From Candidatus Moranbacteria bacterium GW2011_GWC2_40_12 (lineage in GTDB: Bacteria > Patescibacteriota > Minisyncoccia > Moranbacterales > UBA11712): DNA of 64,000 nt. Position numbers and translations under genes: made by a program. The stretch is from NCBI GenBank assembly GCA_000995965.1, contig LBYD01000001.1:207265-271264 (forward strand). The letters are read 5' to 3'. The notes beneath the pieces were generated by a model, which saw only the letters and a program-made list of their open reading frames with translations, was not told the DNA's origin and made no database searches. Of this stretch, positions 1-9,498 are shown in pieces. Position 1 is the first letter of the stretch. Each line of letters begins with the position of its first letter.

Positions 1-19
1 TCTGCTATTGGGCTCGTTG

Positions 20-92
20 AGCCAGCGGAGGGAGTCGAACCCACGACCCACTGTTTACAAAACAGTCGCTCTGGCCACTGAGCTACGCTGGC
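20..92 (-). tRNA. tRNA-Thr (anticodon UGU)
   Basis: Cloverleaf read on minus strand: acceptor GCCAGCG/CGCTGGC, D-arm GCTC-AGTGGCCA-GAGC, anticodon stem ACTGT/ACAGT with loop TTTGTAA, T-loop TTCGACT. CCA is not encoded. Confidence 0.8.
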
Positions 93-104
93 ATATTTTT
101 TATT

Positions 105-815
105 TTAGCTTCCCAGCCTCATTTTCATTTCAATTTCCCGCAAGCTGCTTTTGGCCTTGAGATCCCGCGGGCGAAGCTTCAAAACCATTTTGAAAGAATC
201 TTTCGCGTCTTTTATATTTCCGATGGAAAGATAATAATCTCCGAGCTCTCGGTAGGCTTCGTTGTCTTTTGGATTTTCAGCTATGCGATGGATAAGTGCT
301 TCTTCTCTTGCTTTATCTTCGGTTGCCAGTTCCGGCATAATCCTTTGCGGTGCCGGCTCTTCCTTTTTTTTCACAATTATTTCTTTATTGAAAAAACCCG
401 CTTTTTTTAATATGCTGCGATTCTCTTGTGTTTTTTTCTCTATCATCACATCGAAATTATGACCAACATTTTCGCTTTCAAAATACAACTTCTCATCGCT
501 TCTTTTATTGGATGAGTCCGATGATTTTTTCCCCAGTCTTTTTTCTTTCATTCTATTGAGAACGTTTGACACAGATCCCTCTGATTTTTTTATTCCGATT
601 TTAGCCAGAAACATCACTCTCTCAAGGAATCTCAAAATTGAAGTCCAGATTTTTTTCCATGTTTCCCCCTTTTTTTCATTTTCAGGCAATTTTTCAGTGC
701 GGGAAACGAAAATTTCTCCTCTTTTTTTCAAAAAAGCTGTTTTTTTTCCAAGCAGGACAACCAAAAAAATCAAAGCGGAAACAAAAATTATCGGTGGCAC
801 ATAAATCCAAAGCAT
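105..815 (-). CDS. membrane-anchored TPR-repeat protein (hypothetical)
   Basis: 236-aa ORF with an N-terminal hydrophobic segment, a Lys/Glu-rich middle and a C-terminal TPR-like helix pair (AYRELGDYYLSIGNIKDAKDSF). Confidence 0.45.
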   Translation of the reverse strand: MLWIYVPPIIFVSALIFLVVLLGKKTAFLKKRGEIFVSRTEKLPENEKKGETWKKIWTSILRFLERVMFLAKIGIKKSEGSVSNVLNRMKEKRLGKKSSDSSNKRSDEKLYFESENVGHNFDVMIEKKTQENRSILKKAGFFNKEIIVKKKEEPAPQRIMPELATEDKAREEALIHRIAENPKDNEAYRELGDYYLSIGNIKDAKDSFKMVLKLRPRDLKAKSSLREIEMKMRLGS

Positions 816-816
816 A

Positions 817-1611
817 TTATTCTAGTTCATTTTTATCGACAAAAATTAATGATTTGTCTTCCAGCTCAATCTCTATTTTTCCACTCATTAGGTTCACTTC
901 CTTGACAATAGCTTGTTTTCCTTTATATTTCACTTTTTCTCCGAATTTAGGCAATTGCTCTGCCATCTTTCGGTATTGCTCCTCTTCAAAGGCCAGGCAG
1001 CACATCAGCCTTCCGCAAACACCTGATATTCTTTCTGAACCGCGATGGGCAATTTGCTGTACTTTCGCCATTTCCGAGGTTATGCTGGGCAGGTTGCTCT
1101 TAAATCTAACACAGCAAAGCTCGCGACCGCAAATTCCGAATCCCCCGCTCTGACGGCTTTCATCCCGAGCTCCAATCTGATGCAGTCTGATCGACCTCTG
1201 CATTTTTTTCGATAATTTTTTGACAAGATCACGGAAATCAACCCGTCCGTCAGATGTAAAAGCAAAAGTGATTCCACCCCCGTCAAAAGAATAATTCGCA
1301 TCTACGATTTTCATCGGGAGTCCCGATTTCTTCACTTCGCTCTGGCATATTTTGAGGGCTTCTTTTCCTTTTTTCCGAAAATCACGAATATTTTTTAAGT
1401 CAATCAACGTTGCCTTTCTAACATACTTGGCGGCTTCTTCGATCTTGTCCGATTTTTCACTTTCGGAATCCGGAGCCCTCCCCTCAACAATTGCCTGTGA
1501 TATTCCGCTTTCAACCTCGATCACTATTACATCTCCTCTTTCGAGAGACTGATCTGTTTGGACCACAAAAGGGTTGCTCCAGCGGTTCGTTTTAACGAAA
1601 AACTTTTTCAT
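817..1611 (-). CDS. PSP1 C-terminal domain protein (RicT/YaaT-like)
   Basis: Contains the conserved Cys-rich PSP1 core (GICGRELCC ... VCGRLMCCL). Start moved to the internal Met (MKKFFV), which removes the overlap with tsf. Confidence 0.7.
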   Translation of the reverse strand: MKKFFVKTNRWSNPFVVQTDQSLERGDVIVIEVESGISQAIVEGRAPDSESEKSDKIEEAAKYVRKATLIDLKNIRDFRKKGKEALKICQSEVKKSGLPMKIVDANYSFDGGGITFAFTSDGRVDFRDLVKKLSKKMQRSIRLHQIGARDESRQSGGFGICGRELCCVRFKSNLPSITSEMAKVQQIAHRGSERISGVCGRLMCCLAFEEEQYRKMAEQLPKFGEKVKYKGKQAIVKEVNLMSGKIEIELEDKSLIFVDKNELE

Positions 1612-1624
1612 TATACTAAACTGA

Positions 1625-2239
1625 TCAGATTTCAAACCGGACAATTCTTTCGATTTTAATATTTTCTCCTATTTTTGAAATCTTTTCTTTGATTAAATCT
1701 TCCACAACGATGTCGGGGTTTTTTATAAACTTCTGGGAAAGCAGGCACTGCTCCGAAAAATGTTTTGCTGTTTTTCCCGAAATGATTTTTTCAATGACAG
1801 CAGCCGGCTTTTTTTCACCTGCAAGCTCATTTTTCGCCAATATTTCATATTCCTTTTTTTCTTGCGGAGAAACATCGTCAAGTGAAACGTATTTCGGATC
1901 CATTGCCGCCACATGCATGGCCAGATCATGAGCAAGTTCCTGAATTTCAGAATTTTTTGCCGCAAAATCTGTTTCGCAGCGAATTTCGATCAATGAGCCG
2001 ATCTTTTTGTTGCTATGGATATAGGCGGAGACAAGGCCCTCCTTTGTTTCCCGCCCCGACTTTTTCTGGGCTTTTTCTTTACCTATTTTTCTGAGATATT
2101 CCCGTGCCATTTCTATGTCTCCTTTCGAATTTTCAAGCGCATTCCGGCACTCCATAACACTCGCGCCTGTCAGTTCTCTGAGATTTTTCACTTTATCCGC
2201 TGAAATTTTGGGTGTCCCGTTTGAAATTTCTTTTTTCAT
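1625..2239 (-). CDS. tsf: translation elongation factor Ts
   Basis: N-terminal UBA-like EF-Ts motif (LRELTGASVMECRNALENSKGDIEMA) and a dimerisation core. Adjacent to rpsB as in the classical rpsB-tsf operon. Confidence 0.85.
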   Translation of the reverse strand: MKKEISNGTPKISADKVKNLRELTGASVMECRNALENSKGDIEMAREYLRKIGKEKAQKKSGRETKEGLVSAYIHSNKKIGSLIEIRCETDFAAKNSEIQELAHDLAMHVAAMDPKYVSLDDVSPQEKKEYEILAKNELAGEKKPAAVIEKIISGKTAKHFSEQCLLSQKFIKNPDIVVEDLIKEKISKIGENIKIERIVRFEI

Positions 2240-2250
2240 ACAATTTTTTC

Positions 2251-3138
2251 TTATTTAGGGCTATTTTCCCCCATGCCTGCCATTTCATCCGATTTCTTCA
2301 GGGGGTCATTTTTTCGATTGTTCTTATTTTTCAAAACTGATTTTTCAGTTTTTGGAACGGTCTTGATTTCGTTTTTTGATTCCTTTATGGTCTTCGCGAT
2401 TAAGCCGACAACAAACCTGAGCGAAGAAAGAGCATCATCATTGGCTGGAATCAAATAGTCTATGGGATCGGGATCAGTATTGGTGTCTACGATGCCAATT
2501 ACCGGTATTCTCATTTTTTTCGCCTCTTTCACTGCCAAGTCATTTTCTTTCGAGTCAGCGACAAAAATTGCCTGGGGGAGAGAATCCATTTTCTTTATTC
2601 CTCCCATCTTTTCGTTCATCCGGTCTATCTCTTTTTTGAATCGGAGACGCTCATATTTTGTATATTTTTGGAGGTCCCCTTTTTCCATCTTATCTTCCTG
2701 ATCATTGAGATATTTGATTCTTTTTTTCACCTCCCGATAATTCGTAAAAGTTCCTCCAAGCCACCGGTTGTTCACGAAAGGCATTCCCGCATATTGGGCG
2801 CATTCCTCAATGACATGCCTCGCTTGCGGTTTTGTTCCCACAAAGATAATCTTTCCTCCATTGGTCGCGACATGCCGCACGAACTCAAGAGCTTTTTCAA
2901 AAAGAACCAGCGTTTTTTCGAGGTCGATTATGTAGATTTGGCCTTTTTCCGAAAAAATGTACGGTTTCATTTTCGGATTCCAGCGGGATTTTTTGTGTCC
3001 GAAATGGACACCGAATTTCAGCATCTGCTCGATAGAAAGCTTCAGCTCCTCATACTTAAAACCAGCCGCTATTGCCTGGCTGTTTTGAGGGGTAATCTCT
3101 TTTTGTGGCTCAGTTTGGGCCTGTTTGCTATTTTCCAT
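2251..3138 (-). CDS. rpsB: 30S ribosomal protein S2
   Basis: S2 signature KFGVHFGH and conserved core. Start set at the ATG preceded by AAAGGG, because the longer ORF begins with GTG. N- and C-terminal extensions are present. Confidence 0.85.
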   Translation of the reverse strand: MENSKQAQTEPQKEITPQNSQAIAAGFKYEELKLSIEQMLKFGVHFGHKKSRWNPKMKPYIFSEKGQIYIIDLEKTLVLFEKALEFVRHVATNGGKIIFVGTKPQARHVIEECAQYAGMPFVNNRWLGGTFTNYREVKKRIKYLNDQEDKMEKGDLQKYTKYERLRFKKEIDRMNEKMGGIKKMDSLPQAIFVADSKENDLAVKEAKKMRIPVIGIVDTNTDPDPIDYLIPANDDALSSLRFVVGLIAKTIKESKNEIKTVPKTEKSVLKNKNNRKNDPLKKSDEMAGMGENSPK

Positions 3139-3276
3139 TATTTCCCTTTTATTAGTTAGCACCTACTTCCTTCTTTGTGACTCTTTAACCTATATTATTG
3201 CCTTATATAGGACAAGGAAGAATCGCTCCGGAAGTATGAATTTTTACAGGTTTTAGTTTAGCATTTGACGAGAGAC

Positions 3277-3305
3277 TTGTCAATTTGAAAGAATAATGTT
3301 AGTAT
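3277..3305 (+). promoter_or_regulatory. sigma70-like promoter TTGTCA-17-TAGTAT upstream of rpmE
   Basis: Hexamers with 17-nt spacing read directly. The predicted leader (about 3312-3424) contains TTCGTAA repeat arrays. Confidence 0.35.
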
Positions 3306-3328
3306 TTCTAGGAGCTACGCAGCTTTTT

Positions 3329-3417
3329 CACGAATTACGAATCTCTTACGAATATACCTATGCTTTGAATTCGTAATTCGTATATTCGTTGAGCGAAGCG
3401 TATTCGTAATTCGTAAA
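3329..3417. promoter_or_regulatory. array of TTCGTAA / TTACGAA heptamers (inverted and direct copies)
   Basis: cgaattacgaat ... cttacgaatat ... gaattcgtaattcgtatattcg ... gtattcgtaattcgtaaaa, lying between the divergent rpsB and rpmE genes. Confidence 0.4.
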
Positions 3418-3424
3418 ACTAGTC

Positions 3425-3766
3425 ATGAAAAAAGATATTCATCCAAAATACTATCCAGAAGCCAAAATTATTTGCGCTTGCGGAAACGTTATTACCACCG
3501 GATCCACGAAGCCGGAAATGAAAGTTGAGGTATGCTCTGCCTGCCATCCCTTTTACACTGGCAAGAAACGCCTGGTTGACTCCGCCGGACGCCTAGACCG
3601 CTTCAAGAAACGCTTTGAAAAATCAGCGGAAATCAAGGCGGGCATCGCCAAAAAACTGGCCTCGAAGGAGAAAAAGAGAAAAACCAAGCTGGTGATAACA
3701 AAAAAAGTTTCCAAGAAAAAAACCGCTAAAAAAGTTGCCGAAACGAAAACTACCAAAAAGAAATAA
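3425..3766 (+). CDS. rpmE: 50S ribosomal protein L31 with Lys-rich C-terminal extension
   Basis: [10 protein letters not shown] ... CxCG ... [10 protein letters not shown] is a typical L31 Zn-ribbon. The tail is KKKTAKK-rich. Confidence 0.85.
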   Translation: MKKDIHPKYYPEAKIICACGNVITTGSTKPEMKVEVCSACHPFYTGKKRLVDSAGRLDRFKKRFEKSAEIKAGIAKKLASKEKKRKTKLVITKKVSKKKTAKKVAETKTTKKK

Positions 3767-3786
3767 CCTTCAATTATATATTCGAC

Positions 3787-3809
3787 AAAACCCGCCCCAG
3801 GCGGGTTTT
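3787..3809. terminator. bidirectional intrinsic terminator hairpin
   Basis: aaaacccgcc-cca-ggcgggtttt: a perfect 10-bp stem flanked by A/T runs, between convergent rpmE and the SemiSWEET gene. Confidence 0.5.
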
Positions 3810-4062
3810 ACTTATAGACAAGTTTAGCCGTAACGAGCGATATGGCGAGAAGAAGTTCGAGGGTATTCATCACAATGACCGGCATTTGCCTGATGCCAAT
3901 TCCGTAAATAAGAAACAAAACTAGTCCGAAAGTATAAATCAGACTCCAAAGCAAAGAAACATCAGCTGTTGATTTTGTTTTCCAGGATTTCCGGACTTGC
4001 GGAATAAGCGCAATCGCCAGCAAAGACCCCGCCGCATAGCCTGTGAGTTGAATTGTGTCCAT
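3808..4062 (-). CDS. SemiSWEET / PQ-loop family small transporter
   Basis: 84 aa with three predicted TM helices and a PQ motif (LIPQVRKSW), typical of bacterial SemiSWEETs. Confidence 0.6.
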   Translation of the reverse strand: MDTIQLTGYAAGSLLAIALIPQVRKSWKTKSTADVSLLWSLIYTFGLVLFLIYGIGIRQMPVIVMNTLELLLAISLVTAKLVYK

Positions 4063-4146
4063 TTTTATTTGCTAAATATTGTAAAATATTCAAATATATG
4101 CTATTTTTAATCAGAAATTGGATTATTCAATGATAATATACATTTC

Positions 4147-5214
4147 ATGAAAAGCCAAATTGACGCCGTGAAAAAAGAATACGACGCGCTGAAAAGCGAG
4201 CTCGAAAAGCCCGGCGTTGTTTCTGATGGAAAAAAAATGAAAGAAATTGGCAAAAGAATGTCAGAGCTTGAGGAAATCAAGGCAAAAATCGACGAACTCG
4301 AGGGCATAGAAAAGAATATGCGCGAAAACGCCCAGATTGTAAACGCGGAAAAAGATCCGGAACTCAAAGATATGGCAATGGCGGAAAACGTGAGTCTTGC
4401 CAGGAATAAAGAAAAAACTGAAAAAGAACTGCAGTCTCTTTTTATCCCCAAAGATCCAAATGATGCTAAAAGTGTAATTATGGAAATCAGGGCTGGCGCC
4501 GGCGGGGACGAATCGGCTCTTTTCGCCGCCGAGCTTCTTCGGATGTATTCGCACTTTGCCGAAAAGAACGGATGGAAAATATCCATCCTTAGTTCAAATC
4601 GAACGCCGATTGGCGGATTCAAGGAGGTTATTTTCAGTATCGAGGGAAGTGGAGCTTTTGAAAAAATGAAATATGAATCCGGAGTTCACAGGGTGCAAAG
4701 GGTTCCTGAAACTGAAAAAACCGGCCGTATCCACACATCGACTGTAACCGTGGCTGTCCTTCCGGAAGCCGAAGAGGTTGATATTGAGATAAATCCCGCT
4801 GACCTCCGGATTGACACATATTGCTCCTCCGGACCCGGCGGACAAAGCGTCAACACAACATATAGCGCCGTCCGCATCACACATATACCAAGCGGCACCG
4901 TTGTCACCTGCCAAGATGAAAAATCCCAGCAAAAAAACAAGGAACGAGCCATGAAGGTCCTGCGATCCCGCATTCTCGCGTCCGAAGAGGAAAAAAGAGC
5001 CAAAGAACTCGGAGAAGCAAGGCGCGGCCAAATTGGAACCGGAGACCGCAGCGAGAAAATCAGAACTTATAATTTTCCCCAAGACCGCATAACTGACCAC
5101 AGAATCAAGGAAAATTGGAGCAACATTGGAAACATTTTGGGTGGAAATCTGGACGAAGTAATTGATAAATTGCGAGAAGAGGATTTGAGACGAAAAATTG
5201 CCTCAACAGCTTGA
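4147..5214 (+). CDS. prfA: peptide chain release factor 1
   Basis: Tripeptide anticodon PET (PxT, RF1-type) and GGQ motif ([11 protein letters not shown]). Followed by prmC. Confidence 0.85.
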   Translation: MKSQIDAVKKEYDALKSELEKPGVVSDGKKMKEIGKRMSELEEIKAKIDELEGIEKNMRENAQIVNAEKDPELKDMAMAENVSLARNKEKTEKELQSLFIPKDPNDAKSVIMEIRAGAGGDESALFAAELLRMYSHFAEKNGWKISILSSNRTPIGGFKEVIFSIEGSGAFEKMKYESGVHRVQRVPETEKTGRIHTSTVTVAVLPEAEEVDIEINPADLRIDTYCSSGPGGQSVNTTYSAVRITHIPSGTVVTCQDEKSQQKNKERAMKVLRSRILASEEEKRAKELGEARRGQIGTGDRSEKIRTYNFPQDRITDHRIKENWSNIGNILGGNLDEVIDKLREEDLRRKIASTA

Positions 5215-5319
5215 AACTCAAATCCTATGCAAAAACACGTCGGAAAAGATACGAGTTATATAATTCAGCATTTTCGCTATATTTTTTCTCGAAGTTCCAT
5301 ATTTTGAGATCAAGTTATT

Positions 5320-6198
5320 GTGACTGTTCGACATATTTTGCGTGACAAAAAGATACTTAGCTGCATAGCTCCTCTAGACTTGGAGCTTATTTTGTCTTTG
5401 GCCACGAATAGACCCAGGGAATATCTCTTCGCTCATCCGGAGCAAAAATTGAGCCTCAAAGAGCTTGATAAATTCAACTCTTTTCTAATAAGGCGCAAAA
5501 AAGGCGAGCCAATTGCCTATATGACCGGCAAAAAGGAATTTTATGGCTTGGAATTCGAGGTGAACAGAAACGTTCTGATCCCCCGCCCCGAAACGGAATT
5601 GCTGGTAGAAAAAGCACTGGATCTCGTTCCCGAGGTTGAACCTTTGACTGTTATCGACGTTGGCACGGGCAGTGGAAATATTATTATTTCCGTTGTTGAA
5701 AACCTTCCGGCTAATATCCGAAAAAAAATTGATTTTTATGCCACTGATGTATCAAAAAAGGCCTTATTTAAAACAAAAAATAATGCTCAAAAACATAAAG
5801 TGGCCCAATATATAAAGTTTATCCGGTCTGATCTTTTGGAATATTTTCTCAAAAAAAAGACAAAGTTTGAAAATTTATTAATCGTTGCCAATCTTCCCTA
5901 TGTTTCTGCCAGTATATACAAGAAAAATATACGTAATCTCAGATATGAGCCAGAATTGGCATTAATAAGCGCCGAAAAGGGCCTGGGACATTATCGGCGG
6001 CTTTTGAGGCAAATTGCCGAGATTAAGTCGGATTACGCATTACGGATTATATGTTTCGCGGAAATAAGTCCCGAACAAAAAAATGGACTGGCTAAAATTA
6101 TGAAAGACGAACTGCCCGAAGCTAAAACAAATTTTGTTAAAGACTTGTCAGGAAGAAATAGAGTTGTGAAAATTAAAATAAATCGCGCTTCTAATTGA
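5320..6198 (+). CDS. prmC: release factor glutamine N5-methyltransferase
   Basis: SAM-binding motif VIDVGTGSGNI and an NPPY-like motif (NLPY). Position immediately downstream of prfA. Start codon is GTG. Confidence 0.75.
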   Translation: MTVRHILRDKKILSCIAPLDLELILSLATNRPREYLFAHPEQKLSLKELDKFNSFLIRRKKGEPIAYMTGKKEFYGLEFEVNRNVLIPRPETELLVEKALDLVPEVEPLTVIDVGTGSGNIIISVVENLPANIRKKIDFYATDVSKKALFKTKNNAQKHKVAQYIKFIRSDLLEYFLKKKTKFENLLIVANLPYVSASIYKKNIRNLRYEPELALISAEKGLGHYRRLLRQIAEIKSDYALRIICFAEISPEQKNGLAKIMKDELPEAKTNFVKDLSGRNRVVKIKINRASN

Positions 6199-6341
6199 CA
6201 AAAATATGCGAAAGCTGATATATTTCACTCAATAATAGATCATTAAAATTAACCATACTAGAAAGGCAGGTGTACAAAGTGGAAAAGAATCCCAAAAATT
6301 CCGAAGAAAATAAAGAAACTTCGGAAGAAGGAGGGGAGAAT

Positions 6342-6920
6342 ATGAAAATCTGGCTTCAGGAAAACATGAGAATGCTGGTGAGTATCGTAATCGTTGTCGC
6401 TATTGCTGGAGGTATTTATGCCTACTCGAAAAGAACCCAGCCGCAAATTGCGCAAGATGAAGCGATTGAATCGACCGAAGATGCTGAAGGCAAAATCAGC
6501 GTTATAGGCGATGATACGGACAGCGAAAAGCAGATTGCTGATGAAAAGGAGGAAGGTGAGACTGTGTCTCAGGCTCAGCCGGGTACGCAGCCGCAAGCGC
6601 CTCCAACCGAGGCAAGCCAGGAAACTGCGAACTCGTTCGTAGAAACTGCTCAGAAAGGTGACAGCACAACCAAGTTGGCCCGGAGAGCTCTGGCTAACTA
6701 CCTGGAAAAGACACCCGACACAAGCCTCACCGCCGAACACAAGATCTATATTGAGGATTATTTGCGTCGGCAAGTCGAAAACGGCAGGTTGAATGTCGGA
6801 GAATCCAGGGAATTCAGCAAAGATAACATTGCAAATGCTGTCGAAAAATCAAAGGCACTGACCGAGAACCAGCTCAAGAATCTGGAAAAATACTCAAGCA
6901 GAGTGCCTGAACTAATGTAA
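6342..6920 (+). CDS. hypothetical membrane-anchored acidic protein
   Basis: Start placed at the Met preceded by GGAGGGGAGAAT. One TM segment, then a Glu/Gln/Pro-rich region. Confidence 0.4.
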   Translation: MKIWLQENMRMLVSIVIVVAIAGGIYAYSKRTQPQIAQDEAIESTEDAEGKISVIGDDTDSEKQIADEKEEGETVSQAQPGTQPQAPPTEASQETANSFVETAQKGDSTTKLARRALANYLEKTPDTSLTAEHKIYIEDYLRRQVENGRLNVGESREFSKDNIANAVEKSKALTENQLKNLEKYSSRVPELM

Positions 6921-7042
6921 AAAATCTTTTCTAGGATAACTCAAATAAAAATTGTACATTTTCACCCCGCACTTTTCCTGAGACTGATTACAGAGCGCGA
7001 TGAAATATAACATGCAGTTATGGAATGGGGTTTATGGCAAAA

Positions 7043-7064
7043 AACCGGCAATGACCGGTTTTTT
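7043..7064. terminator. intrinsic terminator hairpin (aaccgg-caatga-ccggtt + T-run), bidirectional
   Basis: Hairpin flanked by A-run upstream and T-run downstream. Confidence 0.5.
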
Positions 7065-7065
7065 G

Positions 7066-7094
7066 TTTACAAAAAAGATATTTCGCGATAAGAT
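7066..7094 (+). promoter_or_regulatory. sigma70-like promoter TTTACA-17-TAAGAT, possibly leaderless transcript
   Basis: The -10 hexamer ends 6 nt before the ATG at 7101. Confidence 0.3.
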
Positions 7095-7100
7095 TCCCTT

Positions 7101-8555
7101 ATGAGAAAAACCTTTCGTCGAATTCTTTTTTGGCTGCTAGTCCTTCTTTTTTTGGTCACCGCGCCAGTTGCCATCCTTTTTTCCCAAGGCTATCGTTTTG
7201 ACCAGAACAAAATGATATTCGTTCACAGCGGGGCCATCACTTTGAAATCTTTGCCTGCCAGCGTAAACATTTTTCTGGACGGGAAGCTTCAATCGGGAAA
7301 AAATCTCGATATCATCAATAGTTCAATGACTGTTGGTGGCTTGAGACCCGGAAATTATCACGTCGAGGCAAGTTTGGATGGGTACAGCCGTTGGGCGAAA
7401 AATGTCGAGGTTCACAGCGGGCTCTCGACGGAATTCTGGAACGTCGTTCTCGCACCGCAAAAAATGGCCGTCAGCGAACTCGAAAGCCGCAACGTTAACC
7501 GATTTTTCCCTTCCCCGTTTGGCAAAAAAACAGCTTACCTTGAAAATATTGATGAAAATATTTCCCTTTGGATGACTAATTTCAAAGAGAACAATACTCG
7601 CCCGATCTTCACCGGAAACGACGCTTTTTTTTCAAAAGACAAACATGAAAATCTGGAATGGAACTTTAAAGAGGATCTGATCCTTGCCCCTGTAGTCCGC
7701 AACGGCCAGAGAGATTATCTCGTTGCCAGTTCTGAAGGAAATATCGAGCCTTCCTATCTTTCGGATTTAGCAAAAATGAAAGGCATGCTGAAAGCGCGGT
7801 GGAGCCCGAAAGAAAAAAATGTTGTTTATTTTATAGCCCAAGACAGCGAAAAGGTAAGCAATCTTTATTCTTTCAGCCTTGACGACAGCACTCTTGAACT
7901 TCTCATTCCGGAAATATCAGTGTATGATCTTTCTCGAAGTTCGATATTTTTTCTGCAAAAAAACAATATTCCCTTTAAAAGCGATTTGGATGGCGGCAAT
8001 TTGATCCAGATAAACGACCGTCCTTTCACGAATTCGGAAATTGGAGAAAATGGCCGGCTGATTGTCTATGACGAAGATCGGCAGGTACTTATTTCTGAGA
8101 ACGGCGAACTTTATGTCCGAAACAACGGAGGCGAGGATCTCCTCAAAAAAATCGGAGACGGCATTTTGGGCGCCCAATTTTCTGACGATGGAAAAAAACT
8201 CTTATTTTGGAGTGAAAACGAAATATCAGTGATTTTTCTTCGCAAGTGGGAAGTCCAGCCTTATCGCGCTGAGAATGAAATTCAGACCATCATGCGGCTA
8301 TCCACGCCTGTCGACAATGTTTTTTGGTTCCGTGACTATGAGCATATTTTCTTTTCCGTGAAAAATAAAATCAAGCTTGTTGAGCTTGATTCCCGCGACC
8401 ACCGGACCATCCTTGACATTTTTGAAAACAACCTTGCGGAATTTCCAGCCGTCTACGACAGCGGAAACGGATACTACTATTTTGTGAAAGATTCGAACGG
8501 AGAAAAGAAAATCTCCTACTTCGCTCTTCCGGAAAAGACAGGGTTTTTCGAATAG
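7101..8555 (+). CDS. PEGA-domain / beta-propeller membrane-anchored protein
   Basis: N-terminal TM, a PEGA-like segment (PGNYHVEASLDGYSRWAKNVEV), and a C-terminal region with WD40/TolB-like strands. Confidence 0.5.
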   Translation: MRKTFRRILFWLLVLLFLVTAPVAILFSQGYRFDQNKMIFVHSGAITLKSLPASVNIFLDGKLQSGKNLDIINSSMTVGGLRPGNYHVEASLDGYSRWAKNVEVHSGLSTEFWNVVLAPQKMAVSELESRNVNRFFPSPFGKKTAYLENIDENISLWMTNFKENNTRPIFTGNDAFFSKDKHENLEWNFKEDLILAPVVRNGQRDYLVASSEGNIEPSYLSDLAKMKGMLKARWSPKEKNVVYFIAQDSEKVSNLYSFSLDDSTLELLIPEISVYDLSRSSIFFLQKNNIPFKSDLDGGNLIQINDRPFTNSEIGENGRLIVYDEDRQVLISENGELYVRNNGGEDLLKKIGDGILGAQFSDDGKKLLFWSENEISVIFLRKWEVQPYRAENEIQTIMRLSTPVDNVFWFRDYEHIFFSVKNKIKLVELDSRDHRTILDIFENNLAEFPAVYDSGNGYYYFVKDSNGEKKISYFALPEKTGFFE

Positions 8556-8614
8556 ATATTTTTTCGGAAAAAGACGCCTCTGTGAAGTGTTTTTTTGCTA
8601 AAATTATCAGAAAA

Positions 8615-9097
8615 TTAGCGCTTCGAAAATTGCGGGGCGCGCCTTGCCTTTCTCAACCCGGCTTTTTTGCGCTCCACTTTTCGCGCGTCGCGGGTGAGAT
8701 ATCCGAGATCCCGCAACGTTTTTTTGTTAGCCTCGTTATAATTCACGAGCGCTTTAGAGATAGCGAGGCGCATCGCTTCGGCCTGGCCGCGAGGGCCACC
8801 ACCTTTCGCAACGGCGTTCACTTCAAAATCGCCTTCAAAGCCAACCGCTAAAAACGGCGAAGCAATGGATCTTTGAAGTTCGGGAAAGGGAAAATAGTTC
8901 AGAAACGTCCTGTTATTTATCTTGATGCTATCGGGAATTTTGAATTTTTCCTTGGAAACAATAATCTTCACGCTGGTTATGGCCGATTTCCGCCGTCCCA
9001 AACCGTGAAAATACCGCCGCTTGGCGGCCTTTTCAACTTTTTTCTCTTCCTGGACCTTCTTTTTTTTCACCGGTTCTTTTTTGGCCATAGAATTCAA
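8615..9097 (-). CDS. rpsI: 30S ribosomal protein S9 with Lys-rich N-terminal extension
   Basis: Conserved C-terminus GGGPRGQAEA ... RDARKVERKKAGLRKARRAPQFSKR. Confidence 0.85.
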   Translation of the reverse strand: MNSMAKKEPVKKKKVQEEKKVEKAAKRRYFHGLGRRKSAITSVKIIVSKEKFKIPDSIKINNRTFLNYFPFPELQRSIASPFLAVGFEGDFEVNAVAKGGGPRGQAEAMRLAISKALVNYNEANKKTLRDLGYLTRDARKVERKKAGLRKARRAPQFSKR

Positions 9098-9498
9098 TTT
9101 ACAAAATCAACAGTCAAATTGTGGTTAGCGTCCGAAAAAACCAGCAGTCTTTTCATTCTTTTTGCCCGCAGCTTGTTTTTGGGCAGCATGCCATAAATCG
9201 CTCCCTGGACTATTTTTTCGGGGCTGACTTTCAGGATGTCGGCCGCTGTCCTTGATCTTATGCCTCCGGGATAACCAGAAAATGTATGGTATATTTTATT
9301 TTCCATTTTTTTTCCAGATAGCCGAAGCTTGGCTGCATTCACGAATACCGCAAAATCTCCGTTGTCGATATGCGAAACAAAATCGGCCTTCTGTTTTCCT
9401 TGGAGCACATACGCGGCTCGGGTGGCAAGTCTCCCGAGATTTTCTTTCTCGCAATCAAACAGATGATATTCTCTTTTTGCTGAATTATCCATTTTCAT
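9094..9498 (-). CDS. rplM: 50S ribosomal protein L13
   Basis: L13 core (RLATRAAYVLQGK ... FSGYPGG). Overlaps rpsI by 4 nt. Confidence 0.85.
   Translation of the reverse strand: MKMDNSAKREYHLFDCEKENLGRLATRAAYVLQGKQKADFVSHIDNGDFAVFVNAAKLRLSGKKMENKIYHTFSGYPGGIRSRTAADILKVSPEKIVQGAIYGMLPKNKLRAKRMKRLLVFSDANHNLTVDFVN

Noticed and set aside
4107-5100. Antisense ORFs overlapping prfA (4107-4622, 4261-4554, 4594-5100), and similar antisense ORFs opposite many conserved genes (for example 9505-10218, 27718-29064, 30997-31767, 40772-41809, 59445-60275, 63304-63822).
   Set aside because: Each lies opposite a gene with clear homology-like signatures. Translations are Phe/Ile/Ser-rich low-complexity sequence typical of antisense AT-rich DNA.
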